From assembly GCA_963809895.1 (NCBI GenBank), contig CAWELD010000003.1, forward strand, positions 2,464,001-2,528,000: a stretch of DNA of 64,000 bases. Direction: 5' to 3'. The position numbers were made by a program, and so were the translations under genes. The notes below the pieces were generated by a model, which had not been told where the DNA came from, made no database searches, and saw only the letters and a list, made by a program, of their open reading frames with translations. The stretch is from an uncultured Gemmatimonadales bacterium. GTDB taxonomy: Bacteria; Gemmatimonadota; Gemmatimonadetes; Longimicrobiales; Gaopeijiaceae. Positions 1 through 9,167 of this stretch are shown here, in pieces (the first letter of the stretch is position 1; each line of letters starts with the position of its first letter).

Positions 1-1022
1 AGCCCGAGCTCCTTCTCCACCGCCACGTACTGGGGCGCGAAGGCCTCGTTCACCTCCACCAGGTCCATGTCGTCGAGCTCGAGTCCGGCGATGTCGAGCG
101 CCTGCCGAATGGCGGGCGCGGGTCCGATGCCCATGATGCGGGGATCCACCCCGACGAAGGCCCACGAGACGAGGCGCCCCAGGGGCGTGAGCCCGTGCTC
201 CTCCGCCCAGGCGGCGTCGGCCAGCACCGCGCTGGCGGACCCGTCGCCGATGCCGCTGGCGTTGCCCGCGGTGACCAGGCCGTCTTCGCGAAAATACGGG
301 CGCAGCCCGGCCAGTGTTTCCGGCGTGGTGTCGGGCCGCATGTGCTCGTCGCGGGCGTAGGTGGCCGGACCCTTGCGCGTCTTCACGGTCACGGGAACGA
401 TCTCCTGGTCGAAGCGCCCTTCCTCCCAGGCTCGCCTGGCCCGCTGCTGGGAACGGTAGGCCACCTCGTCGGCCTCGGCCCGGGTCACGCCGTAGCGCTC
501 GGCGAGCTCCTCGGCGGTCTGGGCCATGGTGAGGCCGCACTGCGAGTCCAACAGCGCCTGCCACAACAGGTCCTCGAAATACGGCCCGGCCTCGCCCAGC
601 CTGAGCTCGCCCCAACGAGCCCCCCGCACCACGTGCGGCGCCTGGCTCATGGATTCGGTGCCGCCGGTGAGCACGCAGCGGGCACCATCCAGGAGGATCT
701 CCTTGGCGCCCTGCACGATGGCCTCGAAGCCGGACCCGCACAGCCGATTGACGGTCAGCGCAGGCCGTTCCTGCGGCACGCCACAGCGGAGCGCCACGTG
801 GCGAGCGAGGTAGATGGCGTCGGACGAGGTCTGGAGCGCGTTGCCGAAGAAGGTGTGATCCACCTGCTCGGGCCCGACGCCGGCGGCCTCCAGCGCCCCT
901 TCGCTGCTGATCACGCCCAGATCCGTGGCCGACAATCCCTTGAGCGACCCGCCGAAGCTCCCGAAGCCCGTGCGCTTCCCCGACAGGAACACGATGTCCC
1001 GACTCTGACCCTGCGTCGCCAT
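1..1022 (-). CDS. Acetyl-CoA C-acyltransferase (thiolase), 3' end runs off the window
   Basis: Manual translation MATQGQSRDIVFLSGKRTGFGSFGGSL...VNRLCGSG...TESMSQAP...VTAGNASGIGDG...EVNEAFA gives the thiolase signatures; RBS AGGAGAGG upstream of the ATG. Not in the ORF track because it is partial. Confidence 0.95.
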   Translation of the reverse strand, partial: MATQGQSRDIVFLSGKRTGFGSFGGSLKGLSATDLGVISSEGALEAAGVGPEQVDHTFFGNALQTSSDAIYLARHVALRCGVPQERPALTVNRLCGSGFEAIVQGAKEILLDGARCVLTGGTESMSQAPHVVRGARWGELRLGEAGPYFEDLLWQALLDSQCGLTMAQTAEELAERYGVTRAEADEVAYRSQQRARRAWEEGRFDQEIVPVTVKTRKGPATYARDEHMRPDTTPETLAGLRPYFREDGLVTAGNASGIGDGSASAVLADAAWAEEHGLTPLGRLVSWAFVGVDPRIMGIGPAPAIRQALDIAGLELDDMDLVEVNEAFAPQYVAVEKELG

Positions 1023-1103
1023 TCGACCTCTCCTGTGATGCCCGCCCGCTCTCCCCCTAATCTACCCAGGATGCGCGGGCAGGGACCACCGCTACCGGGT
1101 CGC

Positions 1104-3191
1104 TCAGCGGGGAATCAACGGCAGCGTGACGTGCGAAGGATGCTCGGCGTCGTGCAGGATGCGCTGACGGGCCACCACCCAGGTCGTGTCCCGCTCGTTG
1201 TCTCCCCCGGTGTTCAGGTTGCGGTCGTACTTGGGAAACGCCGCCGACTCCACGGTGACGCGGAGCCGATGTCCCGGGGGCAGAACCAGCGACGTGAACC
1301 AGAGATCGATGTCGTAGCGATAGGCCCGGCCCGGCTCCGGAAGCTCGGGTCGGCCGAACCCGTTCCGGAAGCGGGCGCGCACGATCCCGTCCTGGATCCT
1401 GAGCGCCCGCCCGTCGGGATGCACGTCCAGGAGCATGACGTGCCAGTCGGTGTCACGGGCGTCGGTGACGGCCCACAGCGTGGCGGACATGGGTCCGGTG
1501 ATCTCCATGGGCTCATCGAGGACGGCCGAGGTGAAGACGAGCATGTCTCGCCGCTCCGCGTCCACGCGGGCGTAGTCCTCGTTGATGCTCAGCTCGAGCT
1601 CCCTGGCATCCACGAGATACGGCGTGGGGTCGGCGGGGTCGTAGCTGAAGGTGTCCGCGGGCTCGCCGACGGGGGGGACGGTGTCCAGGCGTCCGTCGCC
1701 CCCGGCAGTGTTGGCCGACCCGCCCGAGTGCAGGTAGAAGTCCGTCCAGCGGGTACGCGCCAGCGGCCAGCCGTCCTCCTTGCGCCAACGGTCGTCGCCC
1801 ATGACGAAGATGTCCACCGGGGGCTCGGCCTCCACCCCGTTGTCCACACCCTTGAGGTAGTGGTCGAACCAGCGGAGTTGAAGCGCGCGGGGATCGATGC
1901 GGGCCTCGGGTCCGAAATCCCCGTTCACGTAGTCCAGGCCTTTATGGGCACCCGCGTCCATGACGATGCGCTGAAAGGGATGGCCGGGGATGGTGTCCAG
2001 GCCCTGGAAGTTCCGGATCGTGCCCCGGGCATCGTCGTACCAGCCCGCGATTCCCAGGACCGGAACCTGCACGCGGTCCAATCGGTTCTCGATGCCCAGC
2101 CCCAGCCAGTAGGCGTCCTGGCGCTGATGGTCGAACCAGTCGTCCCAGAACCCGGGCCTGGGACACCCGGCCTCCTCGGCGCTCTCGATCACCGGCAGGT
2201 GCCGGAAGGCGGGAACCAGGTCCAGGTTGCTCATGTCCGAGAGCGTCTCCCGGACCGCGGTCAGGCAGAGCCACGGGATGATGGTCGGGGAGAAGACCAT
2301 GTCGATGTAGGGCACCAGCCGCACCGGGTCGGCGGTGGCCACCTGAGGGGCGATGGCGGCCAGGTGCGGAGGCGCGGCGATGGCGGCGTACCAGGCGTAC
2401 AGACCGGGATTGGAGCGTCCGATCATGCCCACCCGGCCATTGCTTCCGGGCAGCGACCCCGCCCATTCCACGGCGTCGTAGCCGTCCTGCTCCTGGCCCG
2501 CGTTCATGTCGAGCACGCCCCCCGACCCACCGCGGCCACGCACGTCCTGCTTGACGTAGATGTAGCCGCGCGACGCCCAGAAGACGCCCGCCGCCGTATC
2601 GGTGCGCAGATACGGGGTGCGCTCCATCACGACGCCGAAGGGCCCTTCGCCCACCGGGCGAGCGACGAAGTTCATGAGCACCGTGCCGTCGCGGGCCTTC
2701 ATGGGGACGGCGGAATCGATGGTCACGGCGAAGGCCGAATCGGAAACGGGCCCCCGCCAGAGCGGATGGACGCTCTCGAAGGCCGCGGGCGAGTCCCGGC
2801 GCACCAGCCACACGCGCTCCACCGCCTCGCCGTTCTGATATCGGCGGCCCGTCAGGGTGTCGCCGGCAAGGGCCGCTCGAATCGCGGCGTCCCCGGCGAG
2901 GGTCAGGTGGAGCGAGTCTCCGCGCACTTCCAACCCGAGGATGCTCGCCAGGGTCTCCCCGGTTCTCCGCTTCAACCAGCTCGCGTCCGCATCGCCGGGG
3001 ACCAGGTGGGCGAATCCGAAGCGGCGACGCGCCTCGAACCCTCCGCTGGGCTCCCCTCCCAGCATGCGGTAGTAGTCCCAGTCCCCGCTGAGATCCGCCG
3101 GGGATCCGCCGGAGTCGGCACAGCCCACCAGGGGAAGCACCGCCGCTCCGGCGCACAGGAGGACGGCGAGACGGTGCCGGAAGGGGATCAT
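1104..3191 (-). CDS. CocE/NonD family serine hydrolase (X-Pro dipeptidyl-peptidase S15-like), predicted lipoprotein
   Basis: VPMKARDGTVL, RTPY, QDVRGRGGSGG, DGYDAVEW, GWYDD and a C-terminal PepX_C-like domain (FPKYDRNLNTG); lipobox LVGC. Confidence 0.9.
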   Translation of the reverse strand: MIPFRHRLAVLLCAGAAVLPLVGCADSGGSPADLSGDWDYYRMLGGEPSGGFEARRRFGFAHLVPGDADASWLKRRTGETLASILGLEVRGDSLHLTLAGDAAIRAALAGDTLTGRRYQNGEAVERVWLVRRDSPAAFESVHPLWRGPVSDSAFAVTIDSAVPMKARDGTVLMNFVARPVGEGPFGVVMERTPYLRTDTAAGVFWASRGYIYVKQDVRGRGGSGGVLDMNAGQEQDGYDAVEWAGSLPGSNGRVGMIGRSNPGLYAWYAAIAAPPHLAAIAPQVATADPVRLVPYIDMVFSPTIIPWLCLTAVRETLSDMSNLDLVPAFRHLPVIESAEEAGCPRPGFWDDWFDHQRQDAYWLGLGIENRLDRVQVPVLGIAGWYDDARGTIRNFQGLDTIPGHPFQRIVMDAGAHKGLDYVNGDFGPEARIDPRALQLRWFDHYLKGVDNGVEAEPPVDIFVMGDDRWRKEDGWPLARTRWTDFYLHSGGSANTAGGDGRLDTVPPVGEPADTFSYDPADPTPYLVDARELELSINEDYARVDAERRDMLVFTSAVLDEPMEITGPMSATLWAVTDARDTDWHVMLLDVHPDGRALRIQDGIVRARFRNGFGRPELPEPGRAYRYDIDLWFTSLVLPPGHRLRVTVESAAFPKYDRNLNTGGDNERDTTWVVARQRILHDAEHPSHVTLPLIPR

Positions 3192-3198
3192 GACCCCG

Positions 3199-4281
3199 TC
3201 ACACGAATTCCGCGGCCGGCGGGGGCTCCTTCAGATGCTGGCGGAAGGCCTGCTTGTTGTTGGCGCGCATGTAGGCCTCGGTGGGGTCGATGACCCCGGC
3301 CATCAGGTATTCCAGGATGTGCTGATCCAGGAGCTGCATGCCGTCCTTCTTGCCCGTCTGGATGATGGACGGGATCTGGAAGACCTTGTTCTCCCGGATC
3401 AGGTTCGAGATGGCCGACGTGCCCACCATGATCTCCAGCGCCGCGGTGCGCCCGCTGCCGTCCTTCTTGCGCAGCAGCACCTGCGAGATCACGCCCTTGA
3501 GCGATTCCGCCACCATGGCCCGGATCTGCTCCTGCTGATCCGCCGGAAAGACGTCGATGATGCGGTCGACGGTCTTGGGGGCGGAGTTGGTGTGGAGCGT
3601 GCCGAAGACCAGGTGCCCCGTCTCCGCCGCGGTGATGCCGAGCTCGATGGTCTCCTTGTCGCGCATCTCCCCCACCAGGATGACGTCGGGATCCTCACGG
3701 AGAGCGGCCCGCAGCGCGTTGGAGAAGCTCTTGGTGTTGGTCCCCACCTCGCGCTGGTTCACGAGGCACTTCTTGTTGGGGTGGGTGAACTCGATGGGAT
3801 CCTCGATGGTGAGGATGTGCTCCGCCCGGGTCTCGTTGATGAGGTCGACCATGGCCGCCAGCGTCGTGGACTTGCCCGAACCCGTGGGTCCGGTGACCAG
3901 GACGAGCCCCTTGGTCATCATGCAGAACTTGCGCACCGGGTCCGGGAGGCCCAGGTCGTCGGCGGTGAGGATCTCCGAAGGGATCGTCCTGAAGACCGCC
4001 CCCAGGCCCTTACGCTGCCAGAACACGTTCACGCGAAAACGCGCCAGGCCCTCGATCTCGTAGGCGAAGTCGAAATCCTGCGTGTCGAGGAAGCGGATAC
4101 GCCACTCCTCGTCCATGATCTCGTAGACCAACGTCTCCATGTCCTTGGGCGTCAGCTCGCGGAACTTGATGCGCTGGATGTGCCCGTGCACCCGCATGAC
4201 CGGAGGCGACCCGGTGGTCAGGTGGAGATCCGAGCCGTTGTGCTGGACCAGGACTTTGAGGAATTGATCGATCTGGGCCAT
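3199..4281 (-). CDS. pilT: Type IV pilus twitching-motility ATPase PilT
   Basis: SDLHL, Walker A GPTGSGKSTT, TIEDPIE, ALREDPDVILVGEMRD, AETGHLVFGTLHT, AISNLIRE. Confidence 0.95.
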   Translation of the reverse strand: MAQIDQFLKVLVQHNGSDLHLTTGSPPVMRVHGHIQRIKFRELTPKDMETLVYEIMDEEWRIRFLDTQDFDFAYEIEGLARFRVNVFWQRKGLGAVFRTIPSEILTADDLGLPDPVRKFCMMTKGLVLVTGPTGSGKSTTLAAMVDLINETRAEHILTIEDPIEFTHPNKKCLVNQREVGTNTKSFSNALRAALREDPDVILVGEMRDKETIELGITAAETGHLVFGTLHTNSAPKTVDRIIDVFPADQQEQIRAMVAESLKGVISQVLLRKKDGSGRTAALEIMVGTSAISNLIRENKVFQIPSIIQTGKKDGMQLLDQHILEYLMAGVIDPTEAYMRANNKQAFRQHLKEPPPAAEFV

Positions 4282-4320
4282 CAGGCGTCCCGTATCGCGG
4301 GGGAACCAGTCATATCGAAG

Positions 4321-5577
4321 TTACGCACGCAGAGGCGCGAGGGACCATTCCAACGATGCAGCGCCCAGCGGCCGGATCTCCAGTTCCCACCGTATGCCGG
4401 CCTCGTGGGCGAGGCGCCGGTCGGCGCCGTCCGGCCAGCGCGCGAAGACGACGCCGGCTACGTCCGCCACCGCGTCCGTCAGGCCGACTCCGGTCTCCGA
4501 TAGATCCACGGTGACCACGTCGAAGCCGAAGTCGCGCAACCCCTCGAGCACCTCGGCACGGCCCTGGTCCTCGGACGGCAGACGGACCTGGAGCACATCG
4601 TCACGCGGCGGCGCGGTGGCCGAGCCCAGGTGCACGCTCCGCCACGACGGATCCAGTAGAAGGGCAGGCAGATGACACAGGATGTCCGGGCCGATGTCGT
4701 CTGGAGCCACCACGGCGAAGCGCGCGGACCCGGAGCGCGCGAGCAACCGAATCTCGCCGAGGAGCGCAGGCGGGGGAGGCGGAAAACGATCGTGCAGGAG
4801 GCTGCGCTCCTCCATGGGCCGGAACAGATACTCCCGCCCGCCGGGGCCGGACAGGAACTCCACTTCCACGGGGGTGACGATACCCTCGCGATTGAGGCTT
4901 CCGCGGTAGCGCGCACGATCACCCGACAGCTGCGAGGACGGAGGAGGCGACACCGCGCGGTCCAGGTCGGCTTCCCAGTTGCCCTCCAGGCGATGGCGGC
5001 GGGCCGTGCCGGCATCGTGATACCAGAACCAGGCACGGTGCTGGCGCACCGAGATGCCGAAGCGGGTCGCGGCCGCCTCCAGCGCCATCCCCAGACCCGC
5101 CCCCAGGGTGACGGGAGCCGGCCGACGGGCAACGTCTCCCGCGTGCACGCGGGTGTACACCTGTTGGATCAACTCGCGGATGCGCTCCCCGGATGCCAGC
5201 GCGAGCTCGATACGCCGGTCGGTGCGCGCCGAGAGCTCCTCCACGGCCTGCGTTCGAATGGGCGAATCCACCACCACGGTGAGCGCGTCGGCAGTCCGCA
5301 GGATCGGCATGGTGAGGTGGGCCAGCGCCCACTCCGGCGTGACCAGCGCGGCCGCATCGGGATCGATGGAGTCGGCGTCGGGAAAGATGTAGGGGAGGTC
5401 GAACTGCGAGGCGAGCCCCCATTCCAGTTCTTCCTTCGACACGAGCCCCAGAGCCAGGAGCGCTTCGCCGAAGTAGCCCCCCGTCTTGCGTTGGTGCTCC
5501 AGCGCCCGATCCACGTCGCTCTCGTCGATCCGACCCAGTCCCATGAGGATCTGGCCCAGGTTTGGTCGTTCGGTCAT
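4321..5577 (-). CDS. MshEN/GSPII-E N-terminal domain protein with degenerate PilB-like C-terminal region
   Basis: NLGQILMGLGRI...ALEHQ...FGEALLALGLVS..EL..GLASQFDLPY resembles the tandem MshEN repeat; no Walker A motif in the C-terminal part. Confidence 0.7.
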   Translation of the reverse strand: MTERPNLGQILMGLGRIDESDVDRALEHQRKTGGYFGEALLALGLVSKEELEWGLASQFDLPYIFPDADSIDPDAAALVTPEWALAHLTMPILRTADALTVVVDSPIRTQAVEELSARTDRRIELALASGERIRELIQQVYTRVHAGDVARRPAPVTLGAGLGMALEAAATRFGISVRQHRAWFWYHDAGTARRHRLEGNWEADLDRAVSPPPSSQLSGDRARYRGSLNREGIVTPVEVEFLSGPGGREYLFRPMEERSLLHDRFPPPPPALLGEIRLLARSGSARFAVVAPDDIGPDILCHLPALLLDPSWRSVHLGSATAPPRDDVLQVRLPSEDQGRAEVLEGLRDFGFDVVTVDLSETGVGLTDAVADVAGVVFARWPDGADRRLAHEAGIRWELEIRPLGAASLEWSLAPLRA

Positions 5578-5580
5578 GCC

Positions 5581-5691
5581 TCACCCCGCGGGTGGTGATC
5601 GATCACTCGGCATCGTGCTCTTCGGCCGACGCCCGTCCCCGTGGTCCGTGATGGCGACGCCATCCCCTGAGAGGACCGCAATCCGGGTCAT
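5581..5691 (-). pseudogene. Possible remnant of an isocitrate/isopropylmalate dehydrogenase family gene
   Basis: 36-codon ORF MTRIAVLSGDGV... resembles the family N-terminus (IAVxPGDGIG); stop codon lies 3 bp before the next ATG. Confidence 0.3.
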
Positions 5692-5808
5692 GGTGATGGG
5701 AGGGCGTGGCGTGAGCGGGATCCACCGGATGCGCGAAGCGTGGCGCTCTGAAGTGGACGGGCCTCGGGATAATAGAGCCGGCACGGACGGCGGCGCTACC
5801 TGCACGCG

Positions 5809-6294
5809 TCATCGAAAGAACCCTCGTGGCTCCTCGACGACGACCGCGCCGTTCCCGGGGTCTCCGTTGCCCTCCATGACGAAGGGGTAGCGGCCCGGGG
5901 GGGCGTCGTGGAAGTCCACCACCCACCGTGCACCCCGTGCCAGCAGCGGGGGGCTTGCGAGTTGACGTCCCGCCTCCAGCCAGCGCCGGGCGTCGGCGGA
6001 CAGGGAATCCCCCGGGAAGCGGACGAGGTGAACGAGGCCGTCGTCCACCCGGAAGCTGATCCGGTCGCCCACCCGTACCGTCGTGATCCTCGGCTGGACG
6101 GCCTCACGGCCCTCCCGAGCCTGGAGACTGACGGTGTGCACCCGGTCGCGAGAGGTGAGGCCGAGGGAGTCCCGCAGGACCCGGTCCGGCTGCAGCTCCG
6201 GCGGGGCGTCGCAGGAGGCGGCGAGCACGCACAGCAGCGCGCACAGGACCGCCTGGGACCCAGGGCGCGCCCGGCGGTCGCATCCCGCCGCCAC
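5809..6294 (-). CDS. Cupredoxin-like lipoprotein lacking type-1 copper ligands
   Basis: GTG start 1 bp after the upstream stop; lipobox LAASC; PRITTVRVGDRISF..DGLVHLVRF...F..APPGRYPF...GAVVV follows the plastocyanin pattern. Confidence 0.6.
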   Translation of the reverse strand: MAAGCDRRARPGSQAVLCALLCVLAASCDAPPELQPDRVLRDSLGLTSRDRVHTVSLQAREGREAVQPRITTVRVGDRISFRVDDGLVHLVRFPGDSLSADARRWLEAGRQLASPPLLARGARWVVDFHDAPPGRYPFVMEGNGDPGNGAVVVEEPRGFFR

Positions 6295-6295
6295 G

Positions 6296-6952
6296 TCAGC
6301 CTTCCCCGACCTCCTCGCCACAGGCGACGCAGAAGCGCCAATCCGGGTCCAGGGTCTCTCCACACGACGGGCACGGCCGCGTCCGGATATCGGTGCCGCA
6401 GTAGGGGCAGAAGCGCAGATTGGAGCGCTCCGGCAGCGCCTCGCCACACCAGCGGCAGTCTCCGGCCCCGGTGACCACGGCGCCTCCTCCCTGGACCACC
6501 TCTCCCACGTCGCCGCCTCCGCCCTCGGCCCCGTCGCCCGCCGAGGCGGTCACCGGATCACCCCCGCCGTCTTCCGCGGACCGTTCGGGCAGATCCAGCT
6601 CGAGTTCGTCGGGAATCCGGTCGGGCACCAGGCGGACGTCGGCTGCGGCATAGTCACGGTACACCCCGGTGTTGGGATTCGAGGACTCGAGCTCTTCCCG
6701 GATCTCTTCGATGGCGGCGTCCGACTCCAGCCGCACGAGCTCGCCTTCACCCACCAGCAGACGAAGGAGGACGTGCTCGTAGTCACCGTTCATGTCGAGG
6801 CCGAGACGGTCCCGGTACGTACGATACGGGACCAGGTTCTGATAGATCTCGGCCACGGTGAAGGGCTCTTCGACGGCCTTGGGATCCCGGCGTCGGAGTG
6901 ATTCGACCAGGAGGCGATGGAAGCGGAGGAGAGGGCTGTCGGTGGAAGTCAT
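6296..6952 (-). CDS. Double zinc-ribbon domain protein
   Basis: C-terminal CRWC, CPYC, CPSC, CVAC after an acidic Gly-rich linker. Confidence 0.8.
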   Translation of the reverse strand: MTSTDSPLLRFHRLLVESLRRRDPKAVEEPFTVAEIYQNLVPYRTYRDRLGLDMNGDYEHVLLRLLVGEGELVRLESDAAIEEIREELESSNPNTGVYRDYAAADVRLVPDRIPDELELDLPERSAEDGGGDPVTASAGDGAEGGGGDVGEVVQGGGAVVTGAGDCRWCGEALPERSNLRFCPYCGTDIRTRPCPSCGETLDPDWRFCVACGEEVGEG

Positions 6953-6965
6953 GACCGGAAGGGAA

Positions 6966-8075
6966 TCAGGGGCGAAGGAGGTCGTCTTCGAGGGTCAGCA
7001 GCCGTGCAGCGACGGCAGCCCGCAGGAACACCTCGGGATCCTGGAAGGGGATCCGCGTACCGCTCTGCTCGTGCCAGCGCTCGGCCATGCGACGCATGAA
7101 CTGGACCAGCGTCTCGTGGTTGAACCCGGCCTGGTCACGCATCTGGCGTACGATCTGGAGCCAGGTTCCCCGGAAGGCCTGGCCGTCGTGCTGGCGCACG
7201 CGATGCACGGAGTGGTCGCCCGTGCCAGCGCCGAAGAGCTCGAGCTGGCTCGGATCGGGGGGCTCGTGAGGGCGTCCACCGCCCGCCGCGGCCTCGATTT
7301 CCGCCAGGAGCCGATCGATGGGATCGTCCAGGATCTCCAACTCCCGCAGCCGAGCCTCCCATGGCGTCAGGCGCGCATCTCCGGCCTCCATCTGCCAGAG
7401 GGCCCGCTTCAGCTCCATGATGCGCCAGACCGCGAGGGCATCCCAGTGCTCGACGGGCGGCACGCGCTCGAACTCGCGCAGCGCCCCCTCCCAATCACCG
7501 CGATCGTACAGGAGGTGGCCGAGATAGATGCGAGCCTCGTGGAGATCGGGGTCGAGCCTGAGGGCGCGACGAATCTGGCGACCGGCGCCCACTTCGTCGC
7601 CCAGCCGATGCAGCGCGTATCCCAGCGACGCCGCGGACTCGGCGCTGTCCGGCCGCACGGCCGCCGCCCGCGCGAACAGATCCCGGGATTCGGCATAGAG
7701 CCCTTCCCTGTACAGCGCCCGGCCCATGGTGAGGAGGAGCTCTTCGTCCTCGTCGTAGCCCATGGCCTCCACCTGACGGAAGAGGGTCAGGGCGGGCTCG
7801 CGCTCACCGAAGCGCAGGAGGGTCTCGCCCATGCCCACCATGGCGTCCTCGTGCCCGGGGTCCAGCACGAGTGCCCGCTCGAAGGCGTGCCGTGCCCAGG
7901 CGAACTCCTCCCGGGCGAGGCGGGCGTATCCCATTCCCACGTAGAGCTCGACGGCGTTGGGATAAAGAGAAAGGCCCTCCTTGAGCATCTCGAGGGCCCC
8001 GTCGTAGTCGCCGTCGTTGTAGAGCCGGTGTGCCTGTTCGTCGTATTCCTCGGAACTGAGGAATCGGTCCGGCAT
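6966..8075 (-). CDS. Tetratricopeptide repeat protein
   Basis: Multiple TPR-type helical repeats (ALVLDPGHEDAMVGMG, ALRLDPDLHEARIYLG) plus a distinct C-terminal domain; RBS AGGAGG. Confidence 0.85.
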   Translation of the reverse strand: MPDRFLSSEEYDEQAHRLYNDGDYDGALEMLKEGLSLYPNAVELYVGMGYARLAREEFAWARHAFERALVLDPGHEDAMVGMGETLLRFGEREPALTLFRQVEAMGYDEDEELLLTMGRALYREGLYAESRDLFARAAAVRPDSAESAASLGYALHRLGDEVGAGRQIRRALRLDPDLHEARIYLGHLLYDRGDWEGALREFERVPPVEHWDALAVWRIMELKRALWQMEAGDARLTPWEARLRELEILDDPIDRLLAEIEAAAGGGRPHEPPDPSQLELFGAGTGDHSVHRVRQHDGQAFRGTWLQIVRQMRDQAGFNHETLVQFMRRMAERWHEQSGTRIPFQDPEVFLRAAVAARLLTLEDDLLRP

Positions 8076-8189
8076 GGAGCATGCCTCCTGGCAGGTTGGA
8101 CCGCGGTTCAGACCCGGCCTAAGTCTAATGGACGGTCCGGGCGCGGACCAGGCTCGAACGGGCGCCTTCGGCGACCCGGGGGCCGACCC

Positions 8190-8579
8190 TCACACCGGCC
8201 GCCCGTAGCGGACTCCACAGGCCGTGCAGATCAGGTATCCTCCGACGCGCTGCAGGCGACGTGGGGGATCCACGTGGCGCGGACAGTCCGGGTCGTCGCC
8301 GGCCTGCTGCTGCTCCTTCACCTTCTGTCGCTCGGTGCGGGTCGCCTTGGGCACGGCCAGGCTGAACCGGAGCGACGACGCCGAGCATTCGAAGAGCGCC
8401 ACCCCGGAGCCGTCGTCTTCCGGACGGACACGCAGGAGCTCCAGGAACCCCCCCATGGGCGAGGGCAGACGATTGCCCGCGTAGTACTGGCGGAGAAGCT
8501 CCTTGGACGCCTTGCCGCCCTTGCCCAGAGGGATGCCGTCGGAGGGTACGGGAGCCTGGGTGTGCCAGCCTGGTGCCAT
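8190..8579 (-). CDS. Hypothetical protein with C-terminal Zn-ribbon (CPRH...CTAC)
   Basis: ATG at 8579 preceded by GAGG; coding-like codon bias; CxxH/CxxC pair. Confidence 0.6.
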   Translation of the reverse strand: MAPGWHTQAPVPSDGIPLGKGGKASKELLRQYYAGNRLPSPMGGFLELLRVRPEDDGSGVALFECSASSLRFSLAVPKATRTERQKVKEQQQAGDDPDCPRHVDPPRRLQRVGGYLICTACGVRYGRPV

Positions 8580-8700
8580 GAGCCGCCTCGACGGAAAATT
8601 GAATGGCGCCGGTCCCGGCGGCGCCAGATCGGCGCCGAAGTATATGCTCCGACCCTCAGGGCCGCCACCGCCCCTCCGCGACCCGGGTTCCCACACGCGA

Positions 8701-8735
8701 AACGGGGCGGGACCCGTGTGAGTCCCCGCCCCGTT
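8701..8735 (-). terminator. Probable intrinsic terminator after the 86-aa gene
   Basis: AACGGGGCGGGAC...GTCCCCGCCCCGTT hairpin with one bulge, ending in TTT on the minus strand. Confidence 0.55.
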
Positions 8736-8787
8736 CTGTCCTCCCCTGTGGCCGCGCGCGGCGCGGCTCGAGGATCGCTCGCAAGCC

Positions 8788-9048
8788 TCAGGCGGCGTTT
8801 GCGCCATCCTTGGACTTGGCGGTATTCTCGGCGCCGTGCGGAATGGCCGGCTGGCAGAAACGCATTCCCACCTGATAGAGGCCTTCCAGATCGGTGTCGG
8901 TGAGATCTGGATAGCGTTCGGCGACGTAGTCGATCGTCTCGTCCATCCAGACCTTCTGGTCCTCGGGGGAGGCCTGCAGCACCCCACATCGGTTGATATG
9001 GCTGAAGAGCTCGTCACGAGCCCGATCCAGCAGTTTTTCTTTGGGCAC
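8788..9048 (-). CDS. Small hypothetical protein (86 aa)
   Basis: GTG start with GGAGGT RBS; own promoter and terminator; globular-looking helical sequence. Confidence 0.75.
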   Translation of the reverse strand: MPKEKLLDRARDELFSHINRCGVLQASPEDQKVWMDETIDYVAERYPDLTDTDLEGLYQVGMRFCQPAIPHGAENTAKSKDGANAA

Positions 9049-9126
9049 GAGGCACCTCCCTGTATCGGCGCGGGTGGAGACTACCCTTCACCACCCGTAG
9101 CGCATTGGTACATGCTTCAGCCCGGG

Positions 9127-9155
9127 ATTATAACGTAGCCGTCACCAACGGCCAA
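9127..9155 (-). promoter_or_regulatory. Sigma-70-type promoter for the 86-aa gene
   Basis: Minus strand TTGGCC-N17-TATAAT. Confidence 0.65.
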
Positions 9156-9167
9156 GCGGACTCCATC

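Noticed and set aside
195..3293. 1032-aa plus-strand ORF
   Set aside because: Antisense shadow of the thiolase and CocE genes; no motifs; typical of high-GC codon bias.
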